From: Octopus sinensis
Lineage: Eukaryota
DNA: 64,000 bases
Assembly (NCBI RefSeq): GCF_006345805.1
Contig: NC_043003.1
Coordinates: forward strand, 50,282,001 to 50,346,000
Reading direction: 5' to 3'
In this document: positions 1 to 13,440 of the stretch, in pieces
Numbering within the stretch: the first letter of the stretch is position 1
Layout: each line of letters begins with the position of its first letter
Program-made: the position numbers and the translations under genes
Notes under the pieces: generated by a model
What the model saw: only the letters and a program-made list of their open reading frames with translations
Database searches by the model: none
Told to the model about the DNA's origin: nothing

Positions 1-62
1 AAATTATGATAATTTTTTCAATGCTTCAAGTTATCTTGGGGAAAAATATGTGATTTTCAAAG

Positions 63-144
63 AATTTCAAATCGTCTCAAAAAGACAATTAAAAGCTTCT
101 CAAACAAATACTCTTCGACAGCATTTGCAATTGCTTTTGTATTT
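63..144 (+). other. Candidate exon (unverified), ...SNKYSSTAFAIAFVF
   Basis: Open frame ends at a GTAAGA donor (145); acceptor is a weak AAG; lies just upstream of the exon-like unit at 421. Confidence 0.2.
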
Positions 145-297
145 GTAAGAAAAATATCCCTTCCTCTATCTAACTAATAAAATAAACAAATAATTAAATA
201 AAAGCACTTCCCCAACAAGGAATGTCGACTCTCTATTATCTGTTGCCAAATGCCTAACAATTAAGTAATTCTCGCTTCTTTTAGAAGCCGATCATAA

Positions 298-383
298 GGT
301 AGGCATGACTGTGTGGTTAAGAAGCTTGCTTCGCAACTACATAGTCTCAGGTTCAGTTCTACTGCGAGACGCCTTGGGCAAGA
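298..383 (+). mobile_element. SINE family A (tRNA/CORE-like), degenerate 5' fragment
   Basis: Matches the head of the full copies, including ccttgggcaag. Confidence 0.6.
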
Positions 384-420
384 TTGGTTACAGGAATTTT
401 ATTGTTTACGTCTACAATAG

Positions 421-508
421 ACTGTCACTACACTATACGTAGACCTTGATAATGAGGTCGTAGAATCAATTCTTCGCTAAGCATTTGGCTTCGTGGATTT
501 GATAATCA
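421..508 (+). pseudogene. 88-nt exon-like unit with in-frame TAA (TVTTLYVDLDNEVVESILR*AFGFVDLII)
   Basis: AG at 419-420, GT at 509-510; 64/88 nt identical to 1492-1579; flanks unrelated. Confidence 0.5.
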
Positions 509-649
509 GTATATATACATATACGCTGCGATGGACTGACGTCCCGTCCAGCTGGGGGGAACACATTCTCCACAGAAACCGGGACCATGAGCCTGCATGT
601 ATATATATATCGTTTATATAATACATACATACATACATACATACATACA

Positions 650-683
<34 letters not shown>

Positions 684-693
684 CATACATACA

Positions 694-726
<33 letters not shown>

Positions 727-827
727 GATCCGGTTCTTGACTGAAGATTGAAGGCTTCGATTGTCCCGTCCGTGTTTTTTGTATCGTCTTCTAAATGTTT
801 TGCGTTCTTGTCCCAATTTTTATTTTT

Positions 828-983
<156 letters not shown>

Positions 984-1109
984 TTCAATACTTTATTTGA
1001 AATTTTATCCTTAACTGCAATATTTTAAGTTAAAAATTTCCTGTTCTGTACTTTACTAGATGTAATAACTTGTTCTGTACTTTTCCAGGTTTTCCATGTA
1101 ATATATGTG

Positions 1110-1300
1110 TGATGTGTGTGTGTGTGTGTGTGTTTCTATTTCTCCGCTTCCCCACTGCTTGACAACCGGTATTGGTTTGTTTAGTGGTTCGGCATAAGAG
1201 ATCTATAAAATAAGTACCAGAGTTTAAGATAAGAACCGGAAGCGATTTGACCTTTAAAGGTATTCCAATATGGCCTTTCAAGGTGTTTGAAATAAGTAAA
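1110..1300 (+). mobile_element. SINE family A, degenerate 3' half
   Basis: gcttgacaaccg...ggttcggc...ataagtacc...atatggcc resemble the 3' module. Confidence 0.5.
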
Positions 1301-1346
1301 TGGTAAAAGATAAAAGCGAACAATAAAAAGACTTCATTCTTCGTAG

Positions 1347-1429
1347 AGTTGAATCATCCACATGAAAAGAAAGCTGATCAGTCCTCAAAAATTGCATCGT
1401 GTGTCTTCCGTATTATTGCTTGCTTCGTT
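1347..1429 (+). other. Candidate exon (ELNHPHEKKADQSSKIASCVFRIIACFV)
   Basis: cgtAG acceptor, weak GTACAT donor; phase-compatible with 1492-1579 across a 62-nt intron. Confidence 0.3.
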
Positions 1430-1491
1430 GTACATTTGCTTTGCGTTGCTTTATTGCTTATAGGAAATTTCTTTTATTATATCTATTATAG

Positions 1492-1579
1492 TCTTTTGCA
1501 ACTCAGTACGCAGAGGCTGATTATGAGCTAGTAGGATCAATTCTTCACTTTGTGTGTGGCTTCCTGGATTTGATAATCG
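1492..1579 (+). CDS. 88-nt exon-like unit, open (SFATQYAEADYELVGSILHFVCGFLDLII); product unknown
   Basis: Pyrimidine-rich AG acceptor, GTAATG donor; paralogous to 421-508. Confidence 0.5.
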
Positions 1580-2567
1580 GTAATGACATTTTATAAGTGA
1601 TGCGTAACCCATCATTTCCTTTCGTTGATTCGGATGAAAACGTACTTGACAGCGTTGGCTGGTTGTAAAATTAACCCTGAAGTGCTTTAAGAGCTAAGAT
1701 AAATCTTTATTTGTCTTGTCAACAGGAAATTTTTTTCAAGTGCTCTTTTAATCTTCCTTAGATTCATTGGAAAACACTTTTACGTAGATCAGACACTTTG
1801 GTAAATACCTTGTTTGAAGGTGACGGAATAGATGTTAGGTCTTAAAATATGCGATACTCTACTGCCGACCTTTTTTCTTTCGTTCTGTCATGGGTATGCC
1901 TTTAAAATATATATCATTCAGATGGATGAATATATGTATATATATATGTATGTATGTATGCATGCATGTATGTATGTATGTATGTATGTATGTATGTATG
2001 TATGTATGTATGTATGTATGTATGTATGTATGTATGTATGTATGTATGTATGTATGTATGTATTATGGTGTCGGATTGACAGAACTGTTAACGCCTTACC
2101 GTATTTGTTCCGGCACACAACGTTCTTAGTTCAAATGCAACTCAGTTTGCTGTCTTAGTATTTTGGCAGAAGAGACCAATAGAAGGATTATTTGACTGAA
2201 AAACTAACACTAGGGTGGATTCGTTCGTCTAATTCCTCCAACGCGGTACCCCAGCAAGGCCACCGTCCAATGGCTGACATAATTAAAAAGGAATAGGAAG
2301 AAAGATATCTATATGGACTCAGAAAAAGAAATGGAGAGTTGGTTCGTAAATCTTTTATTTATTTTAGAACCGTCTCTCCAATTTTGCTTTTCCTATATGT
2401 ACTCTGATCTTTATAGCAATGAAGAAGATAAAATTTTTATAAATATTGACTATAGGACACTACTTCATTTTACAGCTTTCTCTTTCTATAAGGAATGTAC
2501 ATAGAGTTCTAAATACCGTTTTCATGGCATGCACTTCAACTTTAAATCACCCCATTCAACTCCGTAG

Positions 2568-2622
2568 AGCGTCCATGTAATCCGAAGAGTTATATTACCC
2601 AAAGTGTTCAAAAATTGTTAAG
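2568..2622 (+). other. Candidate 55-nt exon (ERPCNPKSYITQSVQKLL)
   Basis: cgtAG acceptor, strong AG/GTGAGT donor; only one frame is open. Confidence 0.25.
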
Positions 2623-3202
2623 GTGAGTGTTGCAAACGAAGTGGTCAATGACCGTGCAGTGCAGTGCGTTAGAAGATTCAGGTATACGTGCAAAGTGTTT
2701 GATGGTGGTCGTCGTGGTGGGATGATTCAATATTCTGCTCAGTAACTTCTTCCTTAAACTTATTTACTAATTATTTACACCTGATCATTAATAGAAGTGA
2801 AAGTATTGGAGATGGACTTTTCGTAGTTATTATATTTTTTGCCACCGGGCAAAAAGCGAATGATGAAAACTGTCCTGTACTCTGCACCAGAATACTTCTT
2901 ATCACTACTCTCTGCACTTGCAACTCTGTCATCTTATACTCCAAAATGTGTCCTCTTACCATATCCGTCAACGAGACCTCTCAGCAGGGGACTATCATTG
3001 ATGATACTGACGAAATAAGTCGGTTGCATTGTGTTGCGTAATTAATGCATACTGGCTTATGTAATAACGGCGGTTGGTTTCTTCAACACGTGCATAGGAT
3101 ATAAAGCATAAGATACGAGGTGGGTTTTTTTTGTCTTCCTTATCTATACGCATACATATATGTGTGTGTATGTGTGTTCATGTGTCTGTGTGTGTGTATG
3201 TA

Positions 3203-3932
3203 CAGTGACCCGCAAAAGTTTACAACACAATCAAAAACCCTATTTTACATATAGTGAGTTAACGCAACTTCATGAAATTTCCACCATTTATGAAGTTTTT
3301 TTGTAATGCAACAGTCACAATTACATAATAATGAACGGAAAAATTTCATATGGAAAAAAGTTGAAATTCCAAATGCAAAAGTTTACAACACATTTACTCA
3401 ATTAAATCAGTATTTAGTGGCATAACCCTTGTTGCTGATGAAAACTTGCAGGCGCTTTGAATAGGAAAGATAAGCCCCACCACATGTAAAACATGTGATG
3501 GGGCTTATTGTTCACTATCCTTTTACACGAATTCTTTTCAATTCTTGTAAGTTACGCATGGTTTTTTTTCTTTTTTGAACTCTGAGTTTCAATTCTTTCC
3601 ACAAATTTTCGATTGGATTAAGTTCTGGAGATTGAGTTGGCCATTCCAGAACATTAATCTCATCTGCTTTTAGCCATTTCTTGGTCAGCTTTGTTGTGTG
3701 CTTTGAATCATTATCCTAAGGAAAGGTCCATCCTTGTTCTAAGTTTTGGGAGTGAGGTATTAAACATCCCTCTAAAATTTTTCTATATTTTGCACCAGCC
3801 ATTGTTCTTTCGATTATTTCTATTCTTCCAACACCTGATGAGCAAGCCCACACCATTACTGAGCCGCCTCCGAATTTGACTGCAGGGTTAGTATTCTTTG
3901 GCGCATGTTCTGTGTCATTCTTTCTCCAAATA
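3203..3932 (-). mobile_element. Tc1-family transposon remnant (C-terminal DD34E transposase and one IR/DR end)
   Basis: [32 protein letters not shown] and GYATKY*; TA|CAGTG end; direct repeat gcaaaagtttacaacaca at 3212 and 3375. Confidence 0.9.
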
Positions 3933-4175
3933 GACTGACAGACAGACAAATAGACAGATGGGTGTCTGGATGGGTGGATGGACGCGCATACGTACATAAA
4001 TACTCGCACATCTAAATTCTGATTTAGCAACACTCATTCACAGTTATGTCTCGAAAGTACGAAAGAAATTGTTTTCATTTTACTTTCAGCTATGAGAAAC
4101 TTGCTTTTTCTTTCCCGCCTCCACATACTCCTTCTCTCACTGTTCCGTTCTTTTTCTCACCTCCTTCTCTCTCTT

Positions 4176-4236
<61 letters not shown>

Positions 4237-4237
4237 G

Positions 4238-4278
<41 letters not shown>

Positions 4279-5403
4279 CGCTCGTTCTCGGTTTTACCAT
4301 TCAACACAAAACATTGTTTCGTGCTTTGTGCACCATCCTCGAAGTGGCATTCTCTATTTTTACCCCTTTCAGTTCACTAATCAACAACATTGTACAAATA
4401 ATAAGCTAATTATATAGCCTTCTACCCCCTCCATATTTGGCACCTGAACTAATTATAGTTTCCCCTACGTAACATGATTGTTTTCAATCAACCACAATAA
4501 ATAGGAATCTCGTCTTTAGATTGTAAAGAGAAAATAACTATATGAAGTAAGCCATTAAGAAAACTTGTCAGCTATTACATTTTAATGTCACTAATTATAA
4601 CGGTTTACCCCACCTTTTGATTTGTGGGTGTTCTGCCGCTCTACTTGTTTTCCCTGTGAATGCATTCGTGTGTATGCTTCTCACTATGTGCATCTGTTTT
4701 TACCAGTGTCTCTTTTCTCTTCCTTCCACCTTCTCGTCCTCCCTCCTCCTCATTCCTCTTTCGCCCTTTCTGTCCCTCGTTCTCACTATGAGATAAATAT
4801 GCCACATATCACTTTTATATGGTACATCGAAGGACATTCTTTCGCATGTATATCTTGCACGCCATTCGACTTCGGTCGAGCTCGTCCAACAATCTATACG
4901 TTGAGCATTCTCCCAAAAGAATTCTTCGTTTAGATGATGAGTTGAAGGGACGCCCTTTAAAACCATTGAGTGTCTAGTTACCACATTATCGGTCTTTCTA
5001 TCTATCTACCTACATTTCTCTCTCTCTCTATCTACCAACCTACCTATCCCCACGGGAACGGGCGACCACACGCACACAGTCACACACATTCACAAACACA
5101 TGTATTTGTATACATAGGGAACAACTTTTCTTTTAGGCATACCTTGAATATATTTTCTTATGTAATCTTTATTCTTAAGGATATTTGGAATCTGCGTATG
5201 AGGCACTCCTACTTAATGCACAACAATAACATTCCAAATTTCATTTTATCAACATTTCCTGGTTTCCTTAATCACATTTTCAGGATATGGAGAGGTGTCG
5301 GTCCGTTTACAACTCCTTTTAAAGTGGGCAGCTTTTGTTTATCTAAACTTTAGCTGAATGCAAGTTTTATATAATAAAAATTTCATATAAACAATCTGCC
5401 TGC

Positions 5404-5766
<363 letters not shown>

Positions 5767-6079
5767 CATTGTGTAATTGAACTATTAAGAAAACTATTCA
5801 ATAAAACACTCAACACATTTTGAAATATATTTCTCATAAATGCAATAACTCAGCTTCAAACCGATATTTAAGGTTACTCAAGTGTCATCACGGGGGATAT
5901 ATTCTTATGCACAATGCTCGTTATGAGAGTTGGGTAGAAGCGCAAATTGTAAAGACTACAGCAATTTGACGCTTACACGTTCAAATAAGAATATTGCACA
6001 TACATCGACACATATACAGACGCTCTCAAACATTATCACACACAAATAGATAATTAGATAGATTCTCATAATGAGGATG

Positions 6080-6111
<32 letters not shown>

Positions 6112-6296
6112 CAAAATAATGATGATGATGATGATGATGATAAAAATAATGATGATGATGATGATGAGGATGATGAGGAGGAGGTTCTTTGTCAAAATTT
6201 GAAGGTGATCTTACAGGTGCATAGGTAGATCTTAGATCAGCGCAAGATATTTCATTGTAAAAAGAAATGGTCGCACACCTCATCATTGATAATCTA

Positions 6297-6525
6297 TTTA
6301 CTCTTTTACTCTTTTACTTGTTTCAGTCATTTGACTGCGGCCATGCTGGAGCACCGCCTTTAGTCGAGCAAATCGACCCCGGACTTATTCTTTGTAAGCC
6401 CAGTACTTATTCTATCGGTCTCTTTTGCCGAACCGCTAAGTGACGGGGACGTAAACACACCAGCATCGTTGTCAAGCAATGCTAGGGAGACAAACACAGA
6501 CACACAAACACGCACACACACACAC

Positions 6526-6566
<41 letters not shown>

Positions 6567-6723
6567 TACGACAGGCTTCTTTCAGTTTCCGTCTACCAAA
6601 TCCACTCACAAGGCATTGGTCGGCCCGGGGCTATAGCAGAAGACACTTGCCCAAGATGCCACGCAGTGGGACTGAACCCGCAACCATGTGGTTGGTTAGC
6701 AAGCTACTTACCACACAGCCACT
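6297..6723 (-). mobile_element. SINE family A, near full length
   Basis: A/B-box-like head, gcaTCTTGGGCAAGTgtctt CORE-like motif, internal TA/GT microsatellite, (GAGTAAAA)n tail. Confidence 0.9.
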
Positions 6724-6780
6724 TTTAAACCTTCTGAATTATTTGTTCGTCTTTTAGTTCCTATTTGCTGTTTGTTTTAC

Positions 6781-6822
<42 letters not shown>

Positions 6823-7052
6823 TTTCGTCGTCATCAATAGCGTCCAAATCACCACCAACAACATCCCAACACCACTACCATCACAACCAAAATATGCATT
6901 AATATTAACAAATTTATTCGCAGTTTTCTACATCCCAGTGTGAGCCCGTGCAACGAATAAAGTAAATATTATTGTTATTATTGTCGTTGTTGTTGTTGAT
7001 GCTGTTTTTTTTTTTTTTGTTATAATATTCTTAGTCTTTTGTGTCTGTGAGC

Positions 7053-7250
7053 AACGGACAGAGTCAAAACTATATTGAAAAGGTTGCAAGACGCAACGAA
7101 AATTTTAATAAAATAAAAAAAAGTGGGAATTTTACCGATGAGTGTGTTAAATTATAAGGCTCCAAAAGAGAATGACTCCTCCCAGGACACAACAGAATAT
7201 GCCTCAGCACACGAACTCACATAAAGAATCTTGCAAACCAAATCCAAAAG
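7053..7250 (+). mobile_element. Unclassified repeat family E with a GTTGC-AAGAC-GCAAC-GAAA hairpin
   Basis: Homologous to 19340-19562 and 19811-19925. Confidence 0.7.
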
Positions 7251-7410
7251 GGAAATTCTTTGTCTTGTTTACACGCAAAACCCTCACAACACCCACAGAC
7301 ATACACACACACATATTCTTTGTTCTGTCCTGTACTGTCCATTATGTTTTTCTTAATGTAAACCCTTGTGGTTAAGAAAGAAGTCATCTTCATCATTATC
7401 ATTATTATTA

Positions 7411-7823
7411 GGCGTAGGAGTGGCTGTGTGGTAAGTAGCTAGCTTACCAACCACATGGTTCCGGGTTCAGTCCCACTGAACCCGTGGCACCTTGGGCAAG
7501 TGTCTTCTACTATAGCCTCGGGACGACCGAAGCCTTGAGAGTGAATTTGGTTGACGGAAACTGAAAGAAGCCCGTCGTATATATGTATATTTATGTATGT
7601 GTGTATATATTTGTGTCTGTGTTTGTCCTCCCAATATCGCTTGACAACCGATTCTGGTGTGTTTACGTCCCCGTAACTTAGCGGTTCGGCAAAAGAGAAC
7701 CAATAGAATAAGTACTAGGCTTACAAAGAATAAGTCCTGGAGTCGATTTGCTCGAGTAAAGGCGGTGCTCCAGCATAGCCACAGTCACATGACTGAAACA
7801 AGTAAAATAGTAAAAAAAAGAGT
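7411..7823 (+). mobile_element. SINE family A, full length
   Basis: Complete head to tail; 16-bp flanking duplication attatcattattatta (7395-7410 and 7824-7839). Confidence 0.92.
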
Positions 7824-7851
7824 ATTATCATTATTATTATTGTTGTTGTTG

Positions 7852-7990
7852 TTCAAATTCCGCCGACGTCGACTTTGCCTTTCATCCTGTCGGTGTTGAT
7901 AAATTAAGTACCAGTGAAACACTGGGGATCGATGTAATCGACCAGTCTCCTCCCATTAAATTTCAGGCGTTGTGCTTATAGTTGAAAGGT
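7852..7990 (+). mobile_element. SINE family B, 5'-truncated, tail type 2
   Basis: gtcgactttgcctttcatcc...aaattaagtaccag core. Confidence 0.8.
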
Positions 7991-8249
7991 TTATTATTAT
8001 TATCACGAATATTATTGTTATTGTTATTGTTATTTAGCGCAGTTCTTTTTCCTCTCTTTATTGTTGTTGTTGTGCATGTTGTCGCTGTTGGTTTCTTTTG
8101 TTGCATGTTGTTCTTTTTGTTGTTTCTCTCATTATATTTTTTTTATTGTATTCATTTGTGTTTCATTCACCTTCCACACGTGAAGTTTTACTTCAGGCAA
8201 TAAAACTTTTACGTGGAGATTATATTGACACAGGTGTGTGCTAAGAAAA

Positions 8250-8958
8250 CCACTTCCACCACCACCACCACCACCACCACCACCACCACCACCACCACCA
8301 CCACTACCACCACCACCGCCGCCACAACCACCACCACTACAGCCACAACCACGACCACAACCACCACCGCTATCACTATCACCACCATCAATACTACAAC
8401 CACCACGATGCTAAAACCATCACCACTACTTCCACTACCGCAACCAGCACCAACAATACCACACCACCACCACTATCACTACCACCACAATCAATACCAC
8501 AACCACTACAGCCACCACTTCCACAACCACAATGACCACCACAAATATCACAACCGCCACCACTATCACTACCACCACTCTCAATAACAACCACCACCAT
8601 CAACACCACAACCAGCACCACTATCACCACCACTTCCACCACCCGAACCATCAACACCAATACCACAACCACCACTACCAATACCACCACCACCGCCGCC
8701 ACAACCACCACCACTATCACTACCACCACAATCAATACCACAACCACTACAGCCACCACTTCCACAACCACAATGACCACCACAAATATCACAACCGCCA
8801 CCACTATCACTACCACCAACACTACCACTTCCACCACCACCACCACCATCACCCACCACAACCACCACCACGACTATCACTACCACCAACACCAACCTAC
8901 CACTTCCACCACCACCACCACAACCACCACCACCACCACCATCACCCACCACAACCAC

Positions 8959-9014
<56 letters not shown>

Positions 9015-9062
9015 TAGTAGTAGTAGTAACAGTAGTAGTAGTAGCAGTAGTAGTAGTAGTGC
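8250..9062. repeat. (ACC)-rich low-complexity array followed by (TAG)n
   Basis: Direct reading; ~115-bp block repeated at a 241-bp offset. Confidence 0.9.
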
Positions 9063-9339
9063 CACTATGACAATTAATTGCTCTCTGTATATGAGCACCA
9101 CTAAGTGAACGGAAATGAACGTATACCAATCTATGCGCATTTGCGTATTGCACGCGTGTACACTGTGTGTGCATGCGTACGTGCGTGTGAATGTATGAGT
9201 GTGTGTGTGTGTGTGTGTGTATTTACGTGCGTGTATCTATGAACAAAAGATTTGTACACAGTTGTTGTGTATGCATGCATACATACATATGTATGATTCT
9301 ATGTCTACGTTTCTAACATTGGCAGTTGCGTGTGGTGTG

Positions 9340-9499
9340 TGCATCTATATCACTGTGCGTGTGTGTGTACGTGTGCTGCCTGTGTTTTTGCGGGAGCGAG
9401 AATATGCATTTGTATGTACATTTGTACGTGTGTGTGTATGTGTGTGTGCGTGTATGTGTGCGTGCCTGTGTTTTTGTGGGTGTGAGCATATATATATAT

Positions 9500-9543
<44 letters not shown>

Positions 9544-9860
9544 GTATGTATGTATATGTGTGTATATATTTGTATGTGTGTGTCTGTGTTTGTGTGGGAG
9601 CGAGTATATGCACGTATGCGTACATTTCTACGTGTGTGTGTGTATGTATGTGTGTGCGTGCCTGTATTTTTGTGGGAGTGAGCACACACACACACACACA
9701 TATATATATATGCATATATGTTCGTGTACATTTGTGTATGTGTCTGTGTAAGTGTGTGTCTCTGTTCATGTGTGGGAGCGAGCATATGTACATGTGTGTA
9801 CATTTGTGTGTACGTTTGTGTGTGCGTGTGTGTTTGAGCGTTGCACGAATACTTTATATT
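9340..9860. repeat. Degenerate GT-rich minisatellite with a recurring gtgggagcgag motif
   Basis: Motif recurs about 5 times. Confidence 0.7.
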
Positions 9861-10100
9861 ATTTTTCTGAAGTTTTGTTTGTAAGGACATGTTCTTATAA
9901 TGCTGAATTAACAATACTCAGTTCACTCTATCGTGTTTGCGTGATTCAAATATTCACATTAAAAAAAAAGGCAAAATCATTTAATAAAACGTTAAAACCT
10001 TTTAATGCAAGCGCTGTTGCACGGTTTGCGACGCAACATCAATCCTCGGCTGAGCTATCTTGATTTATAAACCTATCAAACGTGTAGTTTCCAGATGTAA

Positions 10101-10663
10101 TCTATAATATAAATTAGACATGGGCGAGCGTTGTATTCTTTCTTGTCTTGAGGTTCACAGCCAAACGGCTGGGTGGATTCGCGTGAAAAATGGCACACAT
10201 GTGGAGACGGGTGCATAGATTAGAATGAAGTTTGTATTTTTTCCTAGCCCCCATACTTACCGAGAAAATCGATTACAACTTTTTCTAATGGCATTCTCCT
10301 GTTTGTTCCGACCATTAAAATAACCAGTTGCTCACACAGCCGGTATATACCATTTGGCGAGCAACAAGGGAAGTACAGGATGGCAGTCAGCCAAAAGTTT
10401 AGCTGTGCTGTCTCTCTTCTTTCACTTCTTTGTGAGGTTAATAATCTTAATCTTTAGTTACAGGTTCTCATTAAAACTACATAATAGGCAGAATTGTCGG
10501 ATTGAGACAGTAGGGTGTTTTGAAGGAAATTTGGCTGCTATTTCTGCCAGGTTTAACTACCATGTACAGGTCTGAACTTAATTTTCATTCACATATACCT
10601 AACCGAAAACGAGCACTGCCACATCATCAAAATAGACCACGTGAAACCGGGCTTAGCTGCTAG
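10101..10663 (+). mobile_element. Non-autonomous Helitron-like element
   Basis: A|TC 5' end, GC-rich subterminal segment, CTAG|T 3' end, no TSD. Confidence 0.7.
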
Positions 10664-10961
10664 TAATCTATAGATCGGTAGAAAAACGGACGTGTTTTAA
10701 TAATGGTATATTACCTTGAGAATACAACACCAGCTGTGACTCTGCAACCAATTGGTTATGAATTGTGAAATAGAAAAAGCAAAGCTAGTTTTGATGTAAA
10801 TGGCTGGAAATGAGAAGTTAGATAGTTTGAATTTATGTCAAGGTTGTCGAGTGTTTCATAAGTAAAAATTTTTTCAAAGGGTTGCTGAATTTGTTAGAAG
10901 GTATTCCAAAACGAAGACCTTGCTTGTAAATCATAAATACATACACACACACATACACACT

Positions 10962-10997
<36 letters not shown>

Positions 10998-11035
10998 TGT
11001 GTGTCTGTATATGTGTGCGTGTGTGTGTGTGCGAG

Positions 11036-11086
<51 letters not shown>

Positions 11087-11404
11087 GTACCATAAGCAGT
11101 AGGAGGTATGAGAGGTGAATATATGCATTTAACCACTTATCATCCTTAGGTTTACAGTCGTTTCATAACCTTCTTCGTGTAATAATAATTACAGTGCATA
11201 ATAAATTTTGTTTACAAGTCTGCTCTAATTTGAAGACATGATCTAATGAGACACGTAAACATAATTTATTATACGCTAAAATTCTCATTACCTGAAGGCC
11301 GTGAAACAGCTGTAATCCTGAGGATGTCAAGCTGTTCAATAAATATATTCACCTCTCATATCCCTGAAGTTTTGTGGCTTATATGCTCTTCATATATATA
11401 TCGC

Positions 11405-11590
11405 TAGCCACTAAACCTTTTTTATTTTCTCTCCCTCTTTATTTCTGTGTTCCTTTCTGTCGAAGAGCGTAGGCTCGAAACGTAAAAGACTTTCTCACTT
11501 CTCGAGCGTTAAACTAATACATCTGTTTGTTGTTTACACACCCGTCTTCGTCTTTTTTTATAAATTGTTTGTTTTCTTGTAAATTCTCAC
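11405..11590 (+). mobile_element. Penelope-like terminal-repeat fragment ending in (TA)n
   Basis: Carries a hammerhead-like motif; inverted homolog at 11782-11990. Confidence 0.6.
11453..11488 (+). ncRNA. Minimal type I hammerhead-like motif, CUGUCGA core
   Basis: cttt-CTGTCGA-A-GAGC-gtag-GCTC-GAAA-CGT-A-aaag. Confidence 0.6.
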
Positions 11591-11633
11591 TATATATATA
11601 TACACACACGCACACAGACACACACACACGCAC

Positions 11634-11722
<89 letters not shown>

Positions 11723-11781
11723 TATACATATATACATATATACATATATACATACACACATATATATATATATATATATAT

Positions 11782-11990
11782 AGTTCAAGTTTATAGAAAA
11801 CAAAAGACGATGACGCGTGTAAGAACAACAAGCAGGAGCATTAGTTCACCGCTCCGGAAAAATGGAAAATTCTTTTACGTTTCGAGCCTATGCTCTTCGA
11901 CAGAAAGGATCAAGAGATAAAAAAGAGAGAATGAAAAAAACGGTGTGAGATAAAATGTGCAGGCTTCAATGGTCCAACATGGCGAGTACA
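11782..11990 (-). mobile_element. Penelope-like terminal-repeat fragment ending in (TA)n
   Basis: Homolog of 11405-11590 facing it across a (TA)n block. Confidence 0.6.
11872..11907 (-). ncRNA. Minimal type I hammerhead-like motif, CUGUCGA core
   Basis: Reverse strand: cttt-CTGTCGA-A-GAGC-atag-GCTC-GAAA-CGT-A-aaag. Confidence 0.6.
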
Positions 11991-12378
11991 TACGTACATA
12001 TACACACACACATATATAAATACAAACATACATACACACACACACACTCACATATATACACAGACACACATACACACACACACACACACATACACACACA
12101 CGCGCGCACGCACGCACGCACGCACATGCACAAGTACTTAAAATAGATAAGTTGAAATGTTTACAAAAACATTTTGATCGGAAATATGAGAATAAAACTT
12201 CAAGGAACAATATCTTTGTATTCCATGTTTGTTTATTACATTGTTTAATTCTTTATGTGTCAGTCGGCACTTAAAGAACAATTAAAATAACAATTTTATC
12301 ATAACAATTAAAATTAAATCAAGTAAATAAACAGAAATAAAAAATATAAATTTTCTGTTCTTGCTATTGTTAAGTTCA

Positions 12379-12772
12379 TCTTTATATATAAAAGTAAGGT
12401 TGTGTGTCTGTCTCCTACGATTTAGATTCCTAACTACTCCCACATTTTGCGGTGCAGTTTAACCAAAACCGGGTATCTTATAGTCGTGATTCATATCGAG
12501 CCCTTCTGGGTATTAGCGCGCGTCTACGATGAGTCTACGATTAAAAAAAAATTACCATCACTTTTTTCCATTTTAATGCATTTTTCGCTATTATATAAGG
12601 GAAGTAACTCTCTAAAAATGTTTACAATGAGTCAACGATTTAAAAAAATATTTACCATAATTTTTTTCCCATTTTTAATGCATTTTTTTCTATTTTTTGG
12701 CTATAACTCTCTAAAAATTCTTATATAGTTATTTCCCTTACAAACCCGAGCAACCCCGGGCGATACTGCTAG
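12379..12772 (+). mobile_element. Non-autonomous Helitron-like element
   Basis: A|TCTTTATATATAAAAG start; cccgagcaaccccggg hairpin; CTAG|T end; homolog at 20248. Confidence 0.85.
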
Positions 12773-13175
12773 TTATAGAAATAAATATCTGAAACAAACG
12801 ACAGTAAAATTATCTTTTAAATTTGAAAAGTTAATAGAAGGCAACCTTAATATTTACAGGGTCAATTTTAACAGGGATATTATCTTCACTTTGACTTTTG
12901 TATGAATAAAAATATATCCACTTAACTGGTTGAATGTCCAATGAAAGGAGAGACAACTGGGAAAAGTAATCGTAGCTTTTATGAAACGATTATGGATCGA
13001 TTTCAAACGTATCTAGCAGCAGAATTAAATGACTGCCCAAGGAAAGAGGAGATAATTGCAAGAAGTAATCCTGTACATTTTACATCATTACGAATATTTT
13101 AGAATTGATTTCAAAGACATTGAGTCTGTGGCATAAATGTTCAAAGACATTTATATCGAATTGGTGGATATAATG

Positions 13176-13409
13176 GGATCTTTTCCTTTTGAACGGCAGT
13201 TTTCAACACAATTTCTAGTTAACTAAACACTTTGAAACTTCGTATACTGGTAGAATGTGTCAAAATAAAACATTTTTTTCTCTTGGCTTTCTTGAGAAAA
13301 TTGTAATTTGTAAGTTTAACGTGGTTTAATTTTTCGAATTTTAACCAATCAATTGCCTCTAATTGAGCTAAAATCATTTGCTGCGTCTAAAACTGAGACA
13401 ACATCCTGT

Positions 13410-13440
<31 letters not shown>

